Shown: positions 1-9,925 of the stretch, in pieces
Numbering within the stretch: the first letter of the stretch is position 1
Layout: each line of letters opens with the position of its first letter
From: Afipia sp.
GTDB lineage: Bacteria; Pseudomonadota; Alphaproteobacteria; Rhizobiales; Xanthobacteraceae
Length of the DNA stretch: 64,000 bases
Reading direction: 5' to 3'
Assembly: GCA_024707075.1 (NCBI GenBank)
Contig: JANQAK010000005.1
Span: 101,362-165,361, forward strand
The notes under the pieces: generated by a model
Databases searched by the model: none
Seen by the model: the letters and a program-made list of their open reading frames with translations, nothing else
What the model was told of the DNA's origin: nothing
Made by a program: the position numbers and the translations under genes

Positions 1-1
1 A

Positions 2-610
2 GCCTGGACGAGGAGTGATCAGGGTAGCGTGATAACAATCCTCAACAAGCACCGCACGATTATTGCGTCTAGGCAGGAAAAGGAGCGAGTGTCCGGCGAT
101 CTCAATCGGCTGATTGAGATGACAAATAAGGGAGCCACGATCGGCGACGTGTTGGGGTATGTGCGATCAAGTAAGCTCATGCCTATACTCGATCAATTGG
201 CGGAGCGCTTAGATGCGAAGCAGGTCATCATAAAGGAAGATGGAGAGCCGGAGAAAGATGGCGTATTTTTCGCCGCGTTATTCGCTGTACCGTTCAAGCA
301 GGTGACCCTCTATCGCGCAGTCTTAGAACGAAACATGCCTTACTCGACCAAGCATGGCGTGAAGGGTGATGAATTCGACACTGTCTTCGTTGTTCTTGAC
401 GATGCAGGTGCGAATTGGAGCCAATATTCATTCTCGAATCTTCTGGCAGCCAGTGACACGAACGAGGCTCGGGTTCAGCGTACGCGAAATCTGTTTTATG
501 TTTGCTGTTCTCGCGCGAAGCGAAATCTCGCGGTGATTGATCTCGCAGGGGTTGGATCGGGAAGAGCTACGATTGAAGCGCTCTTCGGAGCGGAAAACTG
601 CATGTTTTAG
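2..610 (+). CDS. UvrD/SF1 helicase C-terminal part (5' truncated by window edge; GajB-like possible)
   Basis: Frame open from base 2; motifs TKHGVKGDEFDTV (V) and RNLFYVCCSRAK (VI). Confidence 0.85.
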   Translation, partial: AWTRSDQGSVITILNKHRTIIASRQEKERVSGDLNRLIEMTNKGATIGDVLGYVRSSKLMPILDQLAERLDAKQVIIKEDGEPEKDGVFFAALFAVPFKQVTLYRAVLERNMPYSTKHGVKGDEFDTVFVVLDDAGANWSQYSFSNLLAASDTNEARVQRTRNLFYVCCSRAKRNLAVIDLAGVGSGRATIEALFGAENCMF

Positions 611-1709
611 TTGCGGTGTGACATATCACCTCAGTGGGCCGAGCGACAGGGTGGACCGCCAGACCTTCAAAGGGCATTTAAGTACTTTGTCGAGCGGGTA
701 TTGCGCGGCCGGTCTTTAGACGACGCAAAGGACAAAGAAGCCAAGCTTGGAAAGTTCCGGATTTCGCTTGTTTCGCGACCTTGTGCTCATTGAGATGAAG
801 CATCTTGAAACCGATCAAAAAGATCGCCTCAACGACACGTATCAGAAGAATGTCGATCCAGAGGAACATCCTGTTTTCTTCGGTAGTCGTCCCATAGATT
901 TGGATAAACTAAGCAATGGCAAGCAAATCGGGGAAGTGCTTGCGAGCAAACTCTCCCAAACGATTGAAACACAGCTCCGCAAAGCTAACCGCCAGTTTGG
1001 TGATTACCTAAGCCGCAATCCGCGAAAGAATTCGGTTTCCATTTGTGTGTTTCTCAACTCTCGACTGGACGAGTTCAGTCCACAAGTTGTTTTGCATTCT
1101 ATTCATCGAAAGATGAAGGGCCCCGGCGGAGAGCCGCGCTTTCCGAGCATAGATGCCGTAATTTACATCACGGAGAAGCATTACCAGATGCTTCCTGACG
1201 GGCGGATGGCTTTTGCCATCGTCATATACGGTGGGGCTAGCATTGTTGAGCAGTACTGGAAATCTGAATTCATCGACCGCGTTGTACAAAAGTGGTCGCA
1301 TTTTCGAACCGGCGGCGATCCTGTTGACAGGTCGCATGACGGTTCGGGCTTCGAAGTGGTTGAGGACGTTCCCGAAAGAATGACACGCTCGGACTCCTGG
1401 CGACTAGCATACAAACGGAATCCTTATCTTCGCGGCATGACGGACCAGGAATTGAAAGTCCATTTCAATCGCTGCGTGGCCTTAAATTCTCTCTCCTTCG
1501 TTATAGGAGATTGGACAAAGCCAACGCATGAGGAAACAGCCGCAGGGATGAAGAGATTTACTGACGCCTTGGAGGAGATCAACAAGCGTAGCCTGGACAT
1601 GCGAGACGTTAGCCCCAAATTTTTATCTGCTGAGGAGCGTAGCGAAGTGCATAGGGGGTTGCCCGAAGAATTGGTCGCAATGTTATCTGGAAACCGCCCC
1701 GCACAATGA
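611..1709 (+). CDS. Putative PD-(D/E)xK nuclease, frameshifted near 757-772
   Basis: Joining ORFs 611-793 and 747-1709 through the third frame gives GKF-PDFACF-RDLVLIEMK; later KANRQF; TTG start abuts the helicase stop. Confidence 0.55.
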
Positions 1710-1912
1710 CGTTGGAATTTTTTATGGGCCTATCTCGTCCGATTCTCGGGCCAGTAGACATGAGATGCTAGCTTCACGAACCGGGTTTTCGGTGCGACCA
1801 GAATCTAAATGTCCAAAGAATGCGGACAACTCTACGCGTACCCGTTTTGTTCTTTACGGTGATTAGGTCCATGAGGTAGTGTCAAAGGAGTCATCAATAC
1901 GGGAATCGCCTA

Positions 1913-3628
1913 GTGCACCTTCAACGCTATCAATTACCGTTCACTTTTGGAGGGCCAACGCCTGTCGAACTGGCGGTCGAGCAACTTGCTGAAGCAGGTG
2001 CCGAAGTGCGGGGAGCGATATTCACGCGGCGGTCGGTCGTTAATTTTATTCTCGACCTGGCTGGGTACACGAGTGATCTTCCGCTTCATCAGGCGAGATT
2101 GCTGGAGCCGTCGTTGGGAGAGGGCGATTTCCTGATTCCTGCCTTGGAACGTCTTTTTTCCGCATGGCATGCGAGCGGTGACATTACCAATCCCGTTCTC
2201 GCTCTGAAAGATCTTATTCGCGGAGTTGAGCTTCACCGGCAAACTTTCAACGCGACCAAGGCGAAGCTTCTGGAGTTTCTGAAAACTGAGGGTTTGACGA
2301 CTGCGGAATCAACGACCCTGGCTGAAGCATGGATTCAGCAAGGAGATTTCCTTCTTACTGAATTTCCGGCGAATTTTACGCATGTCGTGGGTAATCCGCC
2401 GTACATCCGTCAGGAGCTCATTCCCGAGGTGCTGATGGAAGAATACCGTCGACGTTTCGGAACGATTTATGATCGAGCCGATATCTACGTGCCGTTTATT
2501 GAGCATAGCCTTTCAATGCTGGCTCCCGAAGGAAAGCTGAGCTTCATCTGTGCCGATCGGTGGATGAAGAACCGTTATGGCGGACCGCTGAGAAAGCTTG
2601 TCGCGTCACGATATCATTTGGAAACTTACGTTGACATGGTGAATACACCGGCTTTTCACTCGGATGTTATTGCCTATCCCGCGATTTTCGTTTTGGCGAA
2701 CCGTTCAGGTGGAAGGACAAGGGTGGCTCACCAGCCGGACTTGTCGCCTGCCGTTCTTGGGCCACTGGCGGCTGCGTTGGCGAGCGGCGGCACGCAACAT
2801 GCGGCAGTACAAGATTTGGAGCATGTTGCTATTTCGGCGGAGCCGTGGGGACTTTCAAACTTCGATCATCTTTCTGTGGTGCGGCGTTTGGAAAGTGATT
2901 TTCCCATTTTAGAAGAGGTGGGCTGCAAAGTCGGAATTGGTGTTGCGACAGGCGCCGACCGGATATTCATCGGCAGGTTCGATGAATTGGATGTTGAAGA
3001 CGACCGGAAGCTGCCGTTGGCGATGACGCGCGATATTAAATCCGGTGATGTCGAGTGGCGGGGGTATGGCGTCCTCAATCCCTTCAGCGAAAAAGGCTCG
3101 CTTGTTGATTTGAAGGATTATCCGAGGCTGGCAAAATACTTGGAGCTTCATGGCGAGGAAATCCGGCATCGCCACGTGTCGAAAAAGAATCCTAATAGCT
3201 GGTATCGGACTATCGATCGCATTTATCCTGATCTTGCCCTCCAGCCGAAGCTTTTAATCCCCGATATCAAAGGTCAAGCTCACATCGTATATGAGGAAGG
3301 AAGGCTGTATCCTCATCATAACCTTTACTATGTGACCTCAACCGAATGGGATTTGCATGCTCTACAGGCGATTTTGAAATCCAGACTAGGGCAGTTGTTC
3401 ATCGAGACGTATTCTACGCGTATGCGCGGCGGCTATCTGCGCTTTCAAGCTCAGTATCTTCGGCGTATTCGTTTGCCTCAGTGGTCAAATGTTTCTGCAA
3501 AGATGCGTGCCACCTTGATTCAGGCGGCGAAGAGCGGTGAGGCAGGGGCATGTGATGAAGCCGCATTCGAACTTTACGGCCTCTCTTTAAATGAACGTAA
3601 TTTATTGAAGGTGGCTACGTGGTGCTGA
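1913..3628 (+). CDS. Type II N6-adenine DNA methyltransferase, M.PaeR7I/M.XhoI-like
   Basis: [11 protein letters not shown] (SAM-binding), VVGNPPY (catalytic), TaqI-C-like C-terminus; overlaps the REase. Confidence 0.9.
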   Translation: MHLQRYQLPFTFGGPTPVELAVEQLAEAGAEVRGAIFTRRSVVNFILDLAGYTSDLPLHQARLLEPSLGEGDFLIPALERLFSAWHASGDITNPVLALKDLIRGVELHRQTFNATKAKLLEFLKTEGLTTAESTTLAEAWIQQGDFLLTEFPANFTHVVGNPPYIRQELIPEVLMEEYRRRFGTIYDRADIYVPFIEHSLSMLAPEGKLSFICADRWMKNRYGGPLRKLVASRYHLETYVDMVNTPAFHSDVIAYPAIFVLANRSGGRTRVAHQPDLSPAVLGPLAAALASGGTQHAAVQDLEHVAISAEPWGLSNFDHLSVVRRLESDFPILEEVGCKVGIGVATGADRIFIGRFDELDVEDDRKLPLAMTRDIKSGDVEWRGYGVLNPFSEKGSLVDLKDYPRLAKYLELHGEEIRHRHVSKKNPNSWYRTIDRIYPDLALQPKLLIPDIKGQAHIVYEEGRLYPHHNLYYVTSTEWDLHALQAILKSRLGQLFIETYSTRMRGGYLRFQAQYLRRIRLPQWSNVSAKMRATLIQAAKSGEAGACDEAAFELYGLSLNERNLLKVATWC

Positions 3629-4353
3629 ATCTTGCCAATTATGAAGATGCGGCTGCCCAAGCCGTCAAAGCGTTTTGGGGTAATCGCGCGGCGGCAGTTG
3701 AGCGGCAAAGGGCGGCAGGTAAGATCGATCAGGGGGAGAGAGCTGGCGTTACATCCGGGAAAAACATGGACGGCTTCTTGGCGCTTTGCGCCGAAATCGT
3801 TCGCGCCAATGATTTGCACGACGCCGACATTCATCAATTGCGGGCTGTCGTAACATTGCCTGGTTTCTTCCGGCCCACCAAACTCTGGGATCTTGTCGTG
3901 ATGCGCAAAGGTCGGCTTGTTGCGGCTTTGGAGTTCAAGTCGCAAGTAGGGCCGTCCTTTGGAAATAACTTCAATAACCGCACAGAGGAAGCGTTAGGAA
4001 CTGCAACTGATATCTGGACGGCATACCGGGAAGGTGCATTTGGCGAACATCCCAAGCCTTTTATTGGTTGGATGATGTTGGTGGAAGATTGTGAAAAATC
4101 GCGCGCTCCTGTCACCGACCGGTCGCCACATTTCCCGATTTTCCCTGATTTTCGCGGTGCGTCTTATGCCGATCGCTACAATATTCTGTGCAAGAAATTG
4201 GTTCAGGAACAGTTGTACACGTCGGCGGCCCTTCTTTTGTCATCGCGAACCGCCGTCAATGATGGCAAGTTCGCGAGCATGGCTGAGTTGACGAGTCTTA
4301 AGACGTTCATCACCAGTTTTGCTGGTCATATCGCAGCCGAAGCGGCGCGTTAG
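3619..4353 (+). CDS. PaeR7I/XhoI-family type II restriction endonuclease (CTCGAG predicted)
   Basis: [46 protein letters not shown]. Confidence 0.85.
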   Translation: MVLNLANYEDAAAQAVKAFWGNRAAAVERQRAAGKIDQGERAGVTSGKNMDGFLALCAEIVRANDLHDADIHQLRAVVTLPGFFRPTKLWDLVVMRKGRLVAALEFKSQVGPSFGNNFNNRTEEALGTATDIWTAYREGAFGEHPKPFIGWMMLVEDCEKSRAPVTDRSPHFPIFPDFRGASYADRYNILCKKLVQEQLYTSAALLLSSRTAVNDGKFASMAELTSLKTFITSFAGHIAAEAAR

Positions 4354-4359
4354 GCTAAA

Positions 4360-5076
4360 ATGCCGGAAGAGCCAAAAAATAGCCTTCCCGCGCTTGGTCC
4401 CCGAATTCCTGACCGTTTTGCAGCCTTGCTACGCAGTGCAACTGGCGTAGTTCCATTTATAGGGGCAGCGATCGCTGAAGTGGTCACGGAATTGGTCCCT
4501 AATCAACGAGCCGACCGCATCGAAAAGTACCTTCTATATCTTGTGGACGAGATCGAAGCGCTCAAGCTGAAAGCTCCGTCTGAGCAATTGAAGACGCCGG
4601 AGAGCATCGATTTGATTGAAGATGGCGCCTACCAGGCGGCTCGGGCTCTATCAGATGAGCGGAAGCGCTACATTGCTCATGCCGTCGCTCAAGGTATTGC
4701 GGCTGAAGATCGCGAGAAACTGAGTGAAAAGCGCATCTTGGGTCTGATAGGCGAACTCGACGACGAGGAAATGCTTATCCTTGATGCATTTGGTACTGAC
4801 GACATTCCTCAACAAGGACTCAAGTTCAAACAATTGATACCCCCGGCTGCGACGATTAACGCCCCAAGAGAGGTGATAGATCGGGCGGCTTTGTACAAGG
4901 CTGCTTTGGTCAAACTTGAACGGCTCTCACTGGTGGATAATCGGGTAAAATTGGACAACAAAACAAAACTGCCTGAGTTCGATACCTTCACGGGCGAGCC
5001 AAAAGGGCGTCGTCAAATCAGCAGCCTAGGCAGGCTGGTGCTGAGACGCGCTGGTCTTCTTCAAAGCAAGCTGTAG
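4360..5076 (+). CDS. Hypothetical protein, DUF4393/Abi-alpha-like
   Basis: 238 aa; N-terminal GVVPFIGAAIAEVV hydrophobic hairpin, helical middle, possible winged-helix end. Confidence 0.4.
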   Translation: MPEEPKNSLPALGPRIPDRFAALLRSATGVVPFIGAAIAEVVTELVPNQRADRIEKYLLYLVDEIEALKLKAPSEQLKTPESIDLIEDGAYQAARALSDERKRYIAHAVAQGIAAEDREKLSEKRILGLIGELDDEEMLILDAFGTDDIPQQGLKFKQLIPPAATINAPREVIDRAALYKAALVKLERLSLVDNRVKLDNKTKLPEFDTFTGEPKGRRQISSLGRLVLRRAGLLQSKL

Positions 5077-5153
5077 CACTTCGACGCCGCTCACACCTAT
5101 CCTCATGGTGAATTCCTGAAAAGGAGAAGGATTTCTCCAAATTTGCTATGCGC

Positions 5154-7422
5154 CTACAAGAGACGCACTGTTATTTTTGCGCTGCCCTTGTTGTTTCGAA
5201 AATAGTGATCGTAAATCCAAGGCAGGCCGATAACGGCATCGTTTACGTAAAGGAATATCTCGCCGGAACGTTGGGCCGGGAATGTTGCTTTATAGACGAG
5301 GGCATTTGAATTTCTTTGAAGAACCGGATCGAGAAAGGATTCGTCTACCCCGGTGCTTCCGACCCTCGCAATGAGCCGGAACCATGGACGAAACAGGATG
5401 CGTCGCAAGAGAATGCCAGAATAGTACCGCCAACGCTCGCCGGAAGCTGCTGTTGACGTCCTGAATCCGGCTGGTGTCGTAAGCTGCGCATCGTCCATCC
5501 AGGGACTTGTAACGGTGATGGTCAGCTCATAGCTGTGACCGGCCTGCACGGTTAAGCCTGTCGGTGAGCATATCGAAGAGGTTTGGAAGTCCTTGGCATT
5601 CTGAGGAATGCCGAGGTTGACCCGCGTAAGTTCGTCGGCGGGGGATTCCTTACAGAAGGCTCCCATGGAGTCTGCAATGTTAAAGGACAGATGGCTGAGT
5701 GCCGTCGCTCCGTACCACACCATGATAGCTGTGAGCAGGAACGGGACGACGTAAAGCTTTCCGACTTTGATGAGCGTCGTGTAGACGATCCAAGTGCGGA
5801 ATTTGTAGATGAAGTTGTGCAGGACATTGGTGGGCACTGTGGATGCGCCGCGCGATTGCCAAATCACCCGCATGTCATCCTTGATACGGCTGCTAAGTGA
5901 TGAACCCACTGCCATCAGAGCGGCCACCGCGATGATGCCGCCAGCGAACCACTCCGGGTTTCCCGCATACCAGTCGGTCCACCAATGGAGAGAGCGCGGC
6001 AGGAACGATTCTATAAATCGGACGGTCTCTGAAACGAGCCTAAAGTTGGTGTCGAATTCATGTTCCCGGTTCTGATTGTGAAAAAGCCAGAACGCGGCGA
6101 GATGAAAGGATGCTGCAAGGGTCGCAAAGTAGGCCAAGCGCCTTAGCCAGACATAGTTCCACAGACGCTCTTGCGACGCATGCCTAGCCGCCGCTTGTGC
6201 TGGCGTTTCGAATGTCGTCGGCCCCAACGGAATGACGTTTCCGCTTCCGTCAACCACTACGTAATCGGGGGGCAAACCGATGGGTGCATAGGCGTTGCAG
6301 CCGCTGTCGATTCGCCCGAATACACTGTCATGGATTTTTGGCTTTGGAATGCTGACGCCAACGGATTTGTCGTTGCAAAGATCATGAACCTTGCGCGGGC
6401 CATAGCGATAATAGGCGCCCAGTCCCGAGCGTGAGTCATAGAGTCGTCCGTCCTTGTCCTGGGACGATCAGATCCATTTGACCGTGTCCGGATCGGCATA
6501 TGGTTCGAGCTTGAAAGTCAGCCCACATTTTTGCGCCTCTCCCAAGAGCCAGTACAGAGGCACGAAAGCCACAGCATCGTCAGGATAGCCGCCGCCGACA
6601 TTCGCGTGCATGCCCATGAACCAGACTTGAACCAGTCGCTCTCCTTCTATCGTGGCGGGAACGGAAGGCGCAGGGCTTCCCGGAAGCTGCTCTGTCCACA
6701 AGACCGGATGAAAGGTGGTTCGCTCGTCATCCAGCGCGAGCGCGTGACGGGCATGCCTTACCCTGTCACTGAGGACGCGATTTGGCAGTTCAAGGGGCCA
6801 GACCCAACTGCTAATTCCCCGCGTCATTTCATCAATGGGCAAGCCGTAAGCGGCGACGGTGTCCCAAATGCCGATGAATTCAATGGCGGGTATCGGCTCT
6901 CTCTTTATAGCCGCATAGCATTTACGGCCATGCATCGCATCCATAATTGGAACGAGAAGGTGGTCGCGAATGGCACGGAAAATCACCTCGACGCGCCAAA
7001 TCGAATGATAGCCTTTTGCACGATAAGCGCGATAAGCCTTCACCGCGCCGTTGTGCAATTCGGATTCTGTCTCCGCTTTGACCAGCCCCTGATCGAGAAC
7101 AAGGGCGGCTAAAACACGTGCCGTAAAGGCACCGCGGCTAAAACCAAAGAGATAGATTTTAGATGCGTTCTTGTAATCATAGTTGCGGCAGATGAACTTG
7201 TAGGCATCAAGGATATTCCTCTTGAGGCCGTAGCCGAAAACGCCGCCGAGGATGGCCAGAGGAAGAAAAAGACGAGGTGCCGACACCATCGTCGTACTTC
7301 GCTGCCTGATAATTTCCTTTGAGATCCAGAGCCTGAAACATGCGCCAGACGTTGGTGCGCCAGACGCTTGATGCCGCGTTTCCCGTTCCGTCGGAAAGAA
7401 TGATGATCTTAGGAACTGCCAT
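5154..7422 (-). pseudogene. DUF2235 (Tle1-like alpha/beta-hydrolase) membrane protein with a frameshift (~7270) and an in-frame TGA (6468-6470)
   Basis: IIILSDGTGN, YDDGVGT, GFSRGAFTAR, GIWDTV, HALALDDER, WFMGMHANVGGGY; frame continues after TGA as SSQDKDGRLYDSRSGLGAYYRYGPR into 5154-6275. Confidence 0.8.
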
Positions 7423-7690
7423 GGATCGCCCCCGCGCTGTGGCTGTACCGTTGCTGAACCCCGTTTCTTTGACTGGCCGGAATACTAGAGAACCGTGGCG
7501 GGATTGCAATCTTTGGTAGAGTCCAGTCCCAAGGCGTTGTTGCAGTCAGGCTCACACTTTGAGTGTTTGTCCTCTTCGAACCTAGTAAAACTCGTTTTAA
7601 ACGGCTCCTGCTTCGTCTCGGCGCCTATTCCCGTTGCCGTCTCGCTCCAACACGGCCGAATGGACGGGAAGTTAGGACCGAGGCGCATCC

Positions 7691-7747
7691 GCGCAAGGCA
7701 TCCAGCCGTATCCCGTGCCGGGTCCCTCGGCCGGAGCCTCCTTGCGC
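7691..7747. promoter_or_regulatory. Long imperfect hairpin upstream of the leading-region cassette (candidate ssDNA promoter)
   Basis: GCGCAAGG(7691-7698)/CCTTGCGC(7740-7747) with nested TCC/GGA, GCCG/CGGC and CCC/GGG pairings. Confidence 0.4.
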
Positions 7748-7828
7748 CGCTGCTTTGACCTCTTGTCCTTGAGCACTCCCGTCCGGCCGCGATTGGCGCA
7801 GCCGGGAAAACAAACGGGAGATAGTCAC

Positions 7829-8026
7829 ATGAGAAACAACCAGAAGAGCCAGAAGCCACATGCGGTTTATGTGGTCGAAGGTGAGGGCGAAAGTGCCTTC
7901 TGGACGAAGATCGGCGCAGCCTGGCGTCACGAGGACGGCAAGGGCTTCAACATCAGCCTGACCTGCATGCCGCTGAACGGCCGGTTGGTCGTTCGCGAGC
8001 CGAAGGCCGAGGAGGCGGGGCGATGA
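7829..8026 (+). CDS. Small plasmid/ICE-type hypothetical protein (65 aa)
   Basis: GGAG RBS; WTKIGAAWRHEDGKGFNISL motif typical of small alphaproteobacterial MGE proteins. Confidence 0.7.
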   Translation: MRNNQKSQKPHAVYVVEGEGESAFWTKIGAAWRHEDGKGFNISLTCMPLNGRLVVREPKAEEAGR

Positions 8027-8223
8027 GCCCCGTTACCTCTCGCCGCTATAACGTCCGGTTTGTGGACTGGACGTTGTACGAAACCGTCGTCTTCGCCGAT
8101 AGCGAAGACGACGCCGTTGCAAAGGCGCAGGCGCTCTATCACGCCGATGGCCTTGGCGCGTTCACCTTCAAGACCGTAGGTGATGAAGGTTGGGAAGCGG
8201 AAATCCTGGAGGATCAGTCATGA
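8023..8223 (+). CDS. Hypothetical protein (66 aa)
   Basis: ATGA overlaps with both neighbours. Confidence 0.6.
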   Translation: MSPVTSRRYNVRFVDWTLYETVVFADSEDDAVAKAQALYHADGLGAFTFKTVGDEGWEAEILEDQS

Positions 8224-8897
8224 GCCTCCTTCCCGATGAATTTCGCGACAGGGTGTTGCACGGTGATTGCGTGCAGGTCATGCGCGGCATGCCGTCGGCT
8301 TCGGTGGATTTCATTCTCACCGATCCGCCATATCTGGTGCGCTATCGCTCCCGCACGGGCCAGACAATAGCTAACGACGATCGCGACGGCTGGCTTGAGC
8401 CTGCCTTCGCTGAAATGTACCGCGTGCTAAAGCCTGGTTCGTTTTGTGCGAGCTTCTATGGCTGGAATGCCGCCGACAAGTTCATTGGCGCCTGGCGCAA
8501 GGCGAGATTCCGGATTGTCGGACACATTGTATTCAGGAAGCGATATGCATCGTCGGTCCGTTATTTCCGGCACCAGCATGAGCAGGCCTATGTCCTGGGA
8601 AAGGGCGACGTCGCCTTTCCGGACGAGCCATTGCCTGATGTGCTGGACTGGACTTATACCGGCAATCGCCTTCATCCGACCCAAAAACCTGTGCCGGTTC
8701 TACGGGAGCTGGTCACTTCGCTTAGCAAGCCAAACGCGATCGTGCTCGACCCATTCTGTGGCTCGGGGTCGACTCTCCTAGCCGCGCGCGAGGCTGGACG
8801 GAGCTACGTTGGAATCGAACTTGATGCCAAGCACCACAATACTGCAAGGCTTCGCTTGAATACGCCCATTCGACCCAGCCTATGGCCGTATCGATAG
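8220..8897 (+). CDS. Orphan N4/N6 DNA methyltransferase (beta class, leading-region type)
   Basis: ILTDPPY, HPTQKP, VLDPFCGSGST. Confidence 0.9.
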   Translation: MSLLPDEFRDRVLHGDCVQVMRGMPSASVDFILTDPPYLVRYRSRTGQTIANDDRDGWLEPAFAEMYRVLKPGSFCASFYGWNAADKFIGAWRKARFRIVGHIVFRKRYASSVRYFRHQHEQAYVLGKGDVAFPDEPLPDVLDWTYTGNRLHPTQKPVPVLRELVTSLSKPNAIVLDPFCGSGSTLLAAREAGRSYVGIELDAKHHNTARLRLNTPIRPSLWPYR

Positions 8898-8917
8898 TGT
8901 TGTGGCAAAATGGAAGG

Positions 8918-9658
8918 GTGTCGATCAAAGCGCCCTTCCTCAAACGTATCGTCCTCGAAGGAACGAAGGGCGATAGCTATCCGTATACAATCCCCCTGGT
9001 ACAAGCGGGGCTCGACCTTCCCTTAACCAAGCCGGTCACCTTCATCTGCGGGGAGAACGGTTCAGGGAAATCGACGCTGATAGAGAGTATCGCCTTTCAC
9101 TGCGGCTTCAACCACACGGGCGGCAGCCGTAACCACAACATATTCAACGAGGCGACCGATATTGCGACGCTCCAGGAACGTTTCAAGTTCTCATGGAAAC
9201 TGAAAGTTAACTCGGGTTTTTTCGTGCGGGCGGAAAGCCTTTACCAATTTGCAAGCTACATTGACGAGATTGCCCGGGAGGATGGGCAGGCCATTTACCG
9301 ATCATACGGCGGTGCTTCGCTGCACGCTCAGTCGCATGGCGAGGCATTCCTTTCTCTCTTCTCACATCAACTGAATCGCAAGGGGATATTCATTCTCGAC
9401 GAACCGGAGGCCGCGCTATCGCCGCAGCGGCAGATTGCGCTGCTTAAGATAATTGATGAGCGGGTCGAGACTGGAAACGCACAGTTCATCATCGCGACGC
9501 ACAGCCCGCTGCTCATGGCCTACCCGGATGCAAGTCTCTACTACATCAACCAAGGTGAGGTCGCTGAGCGGTCACTGCGTCAGATTCCGCACTTTCAGGT
9601 GATGGCGCGGTTCTTTTCGGACCCGGTCGCCTATCTGACACGTGCCCTGGAAGGTTAA
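8918..9658 (+). CDS. ABC-type/AAA ATPase (COG3910-like), no partner gene visible
   Basis: GENGSGKST, QSHGE, ILDEPEAALSP, IIATHSP. Confidence 0.85.
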   Translation: MSIKAPFLKRIVLEGTKGDSYPYTIPLVQAGLDLPLTKPVTFICGENGSGKSTLIESIAFHCGFNHTGGSRNHNIFNEATDIATLQERFKFSWKLKVNSGFFVRAESLYQFASYIDEIAREDGQAIYRSYGGASLHAQSHGEAFLSLFSHQLNRKGIFILDEPEAALSPQRQIALLKIIDERVETGNAQFIIATHSPLLMAYPDASLYYINQGEVAERSLRQIPHFQVMARFFSDPVAYLTRALEG

Positions 9659-9660
9659 GG

Positions 9661-9852
9661 CTACACCTCACCTTTGCCGTTGCACTGCGCGCAGCGGCCA
9701 GAGCCACGGCACTCGTAGCACCGGACAGACCCTGTACCTCCATTGACGTCGCCGGGGCTGGGATGGGGATTAATTTGCTTAGCGCTGCCGCTTCCATTGC
9801 ATGTATTGCAATCTCCATTGCCTTTGCACGCGTGGCATCTTGTAAGACCCAT
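9661..9852 (-). CDS. 63-aa protein made of four CxxCxGxG (DnaJ-type zinc finger) motifs
   Basis: CHACKGNG, CNTCNGSG, CYECRGSG, CAQCNGKG. Confidence 0.75.
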   Translation of the reverse strand: MGLTRCHACKGNGDCNTCNGSGSAKQINPHPSPGDVNGGTGSVRCYECRGSGRCAQCNGKGEV

Positions 9853-9925
9853 GTGACAGCTCCGACGGTAACTTTGTGTAAATGACAGCCAAGCGCCTTG
9901 GCCCAACATATCTGCGTGCTACGTT

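Noticed and set aside
2-610. Definite Gabija call
   Set aside because: The GajA/OLD partner would lie outside the window; only the helicase C-terminus is visible
757-772. Programmed ribosomal frameshifting at split genes
   Set aside because: No consistent slippery heptamer or stimulatory structure seen; the indel pattern also hits core genes
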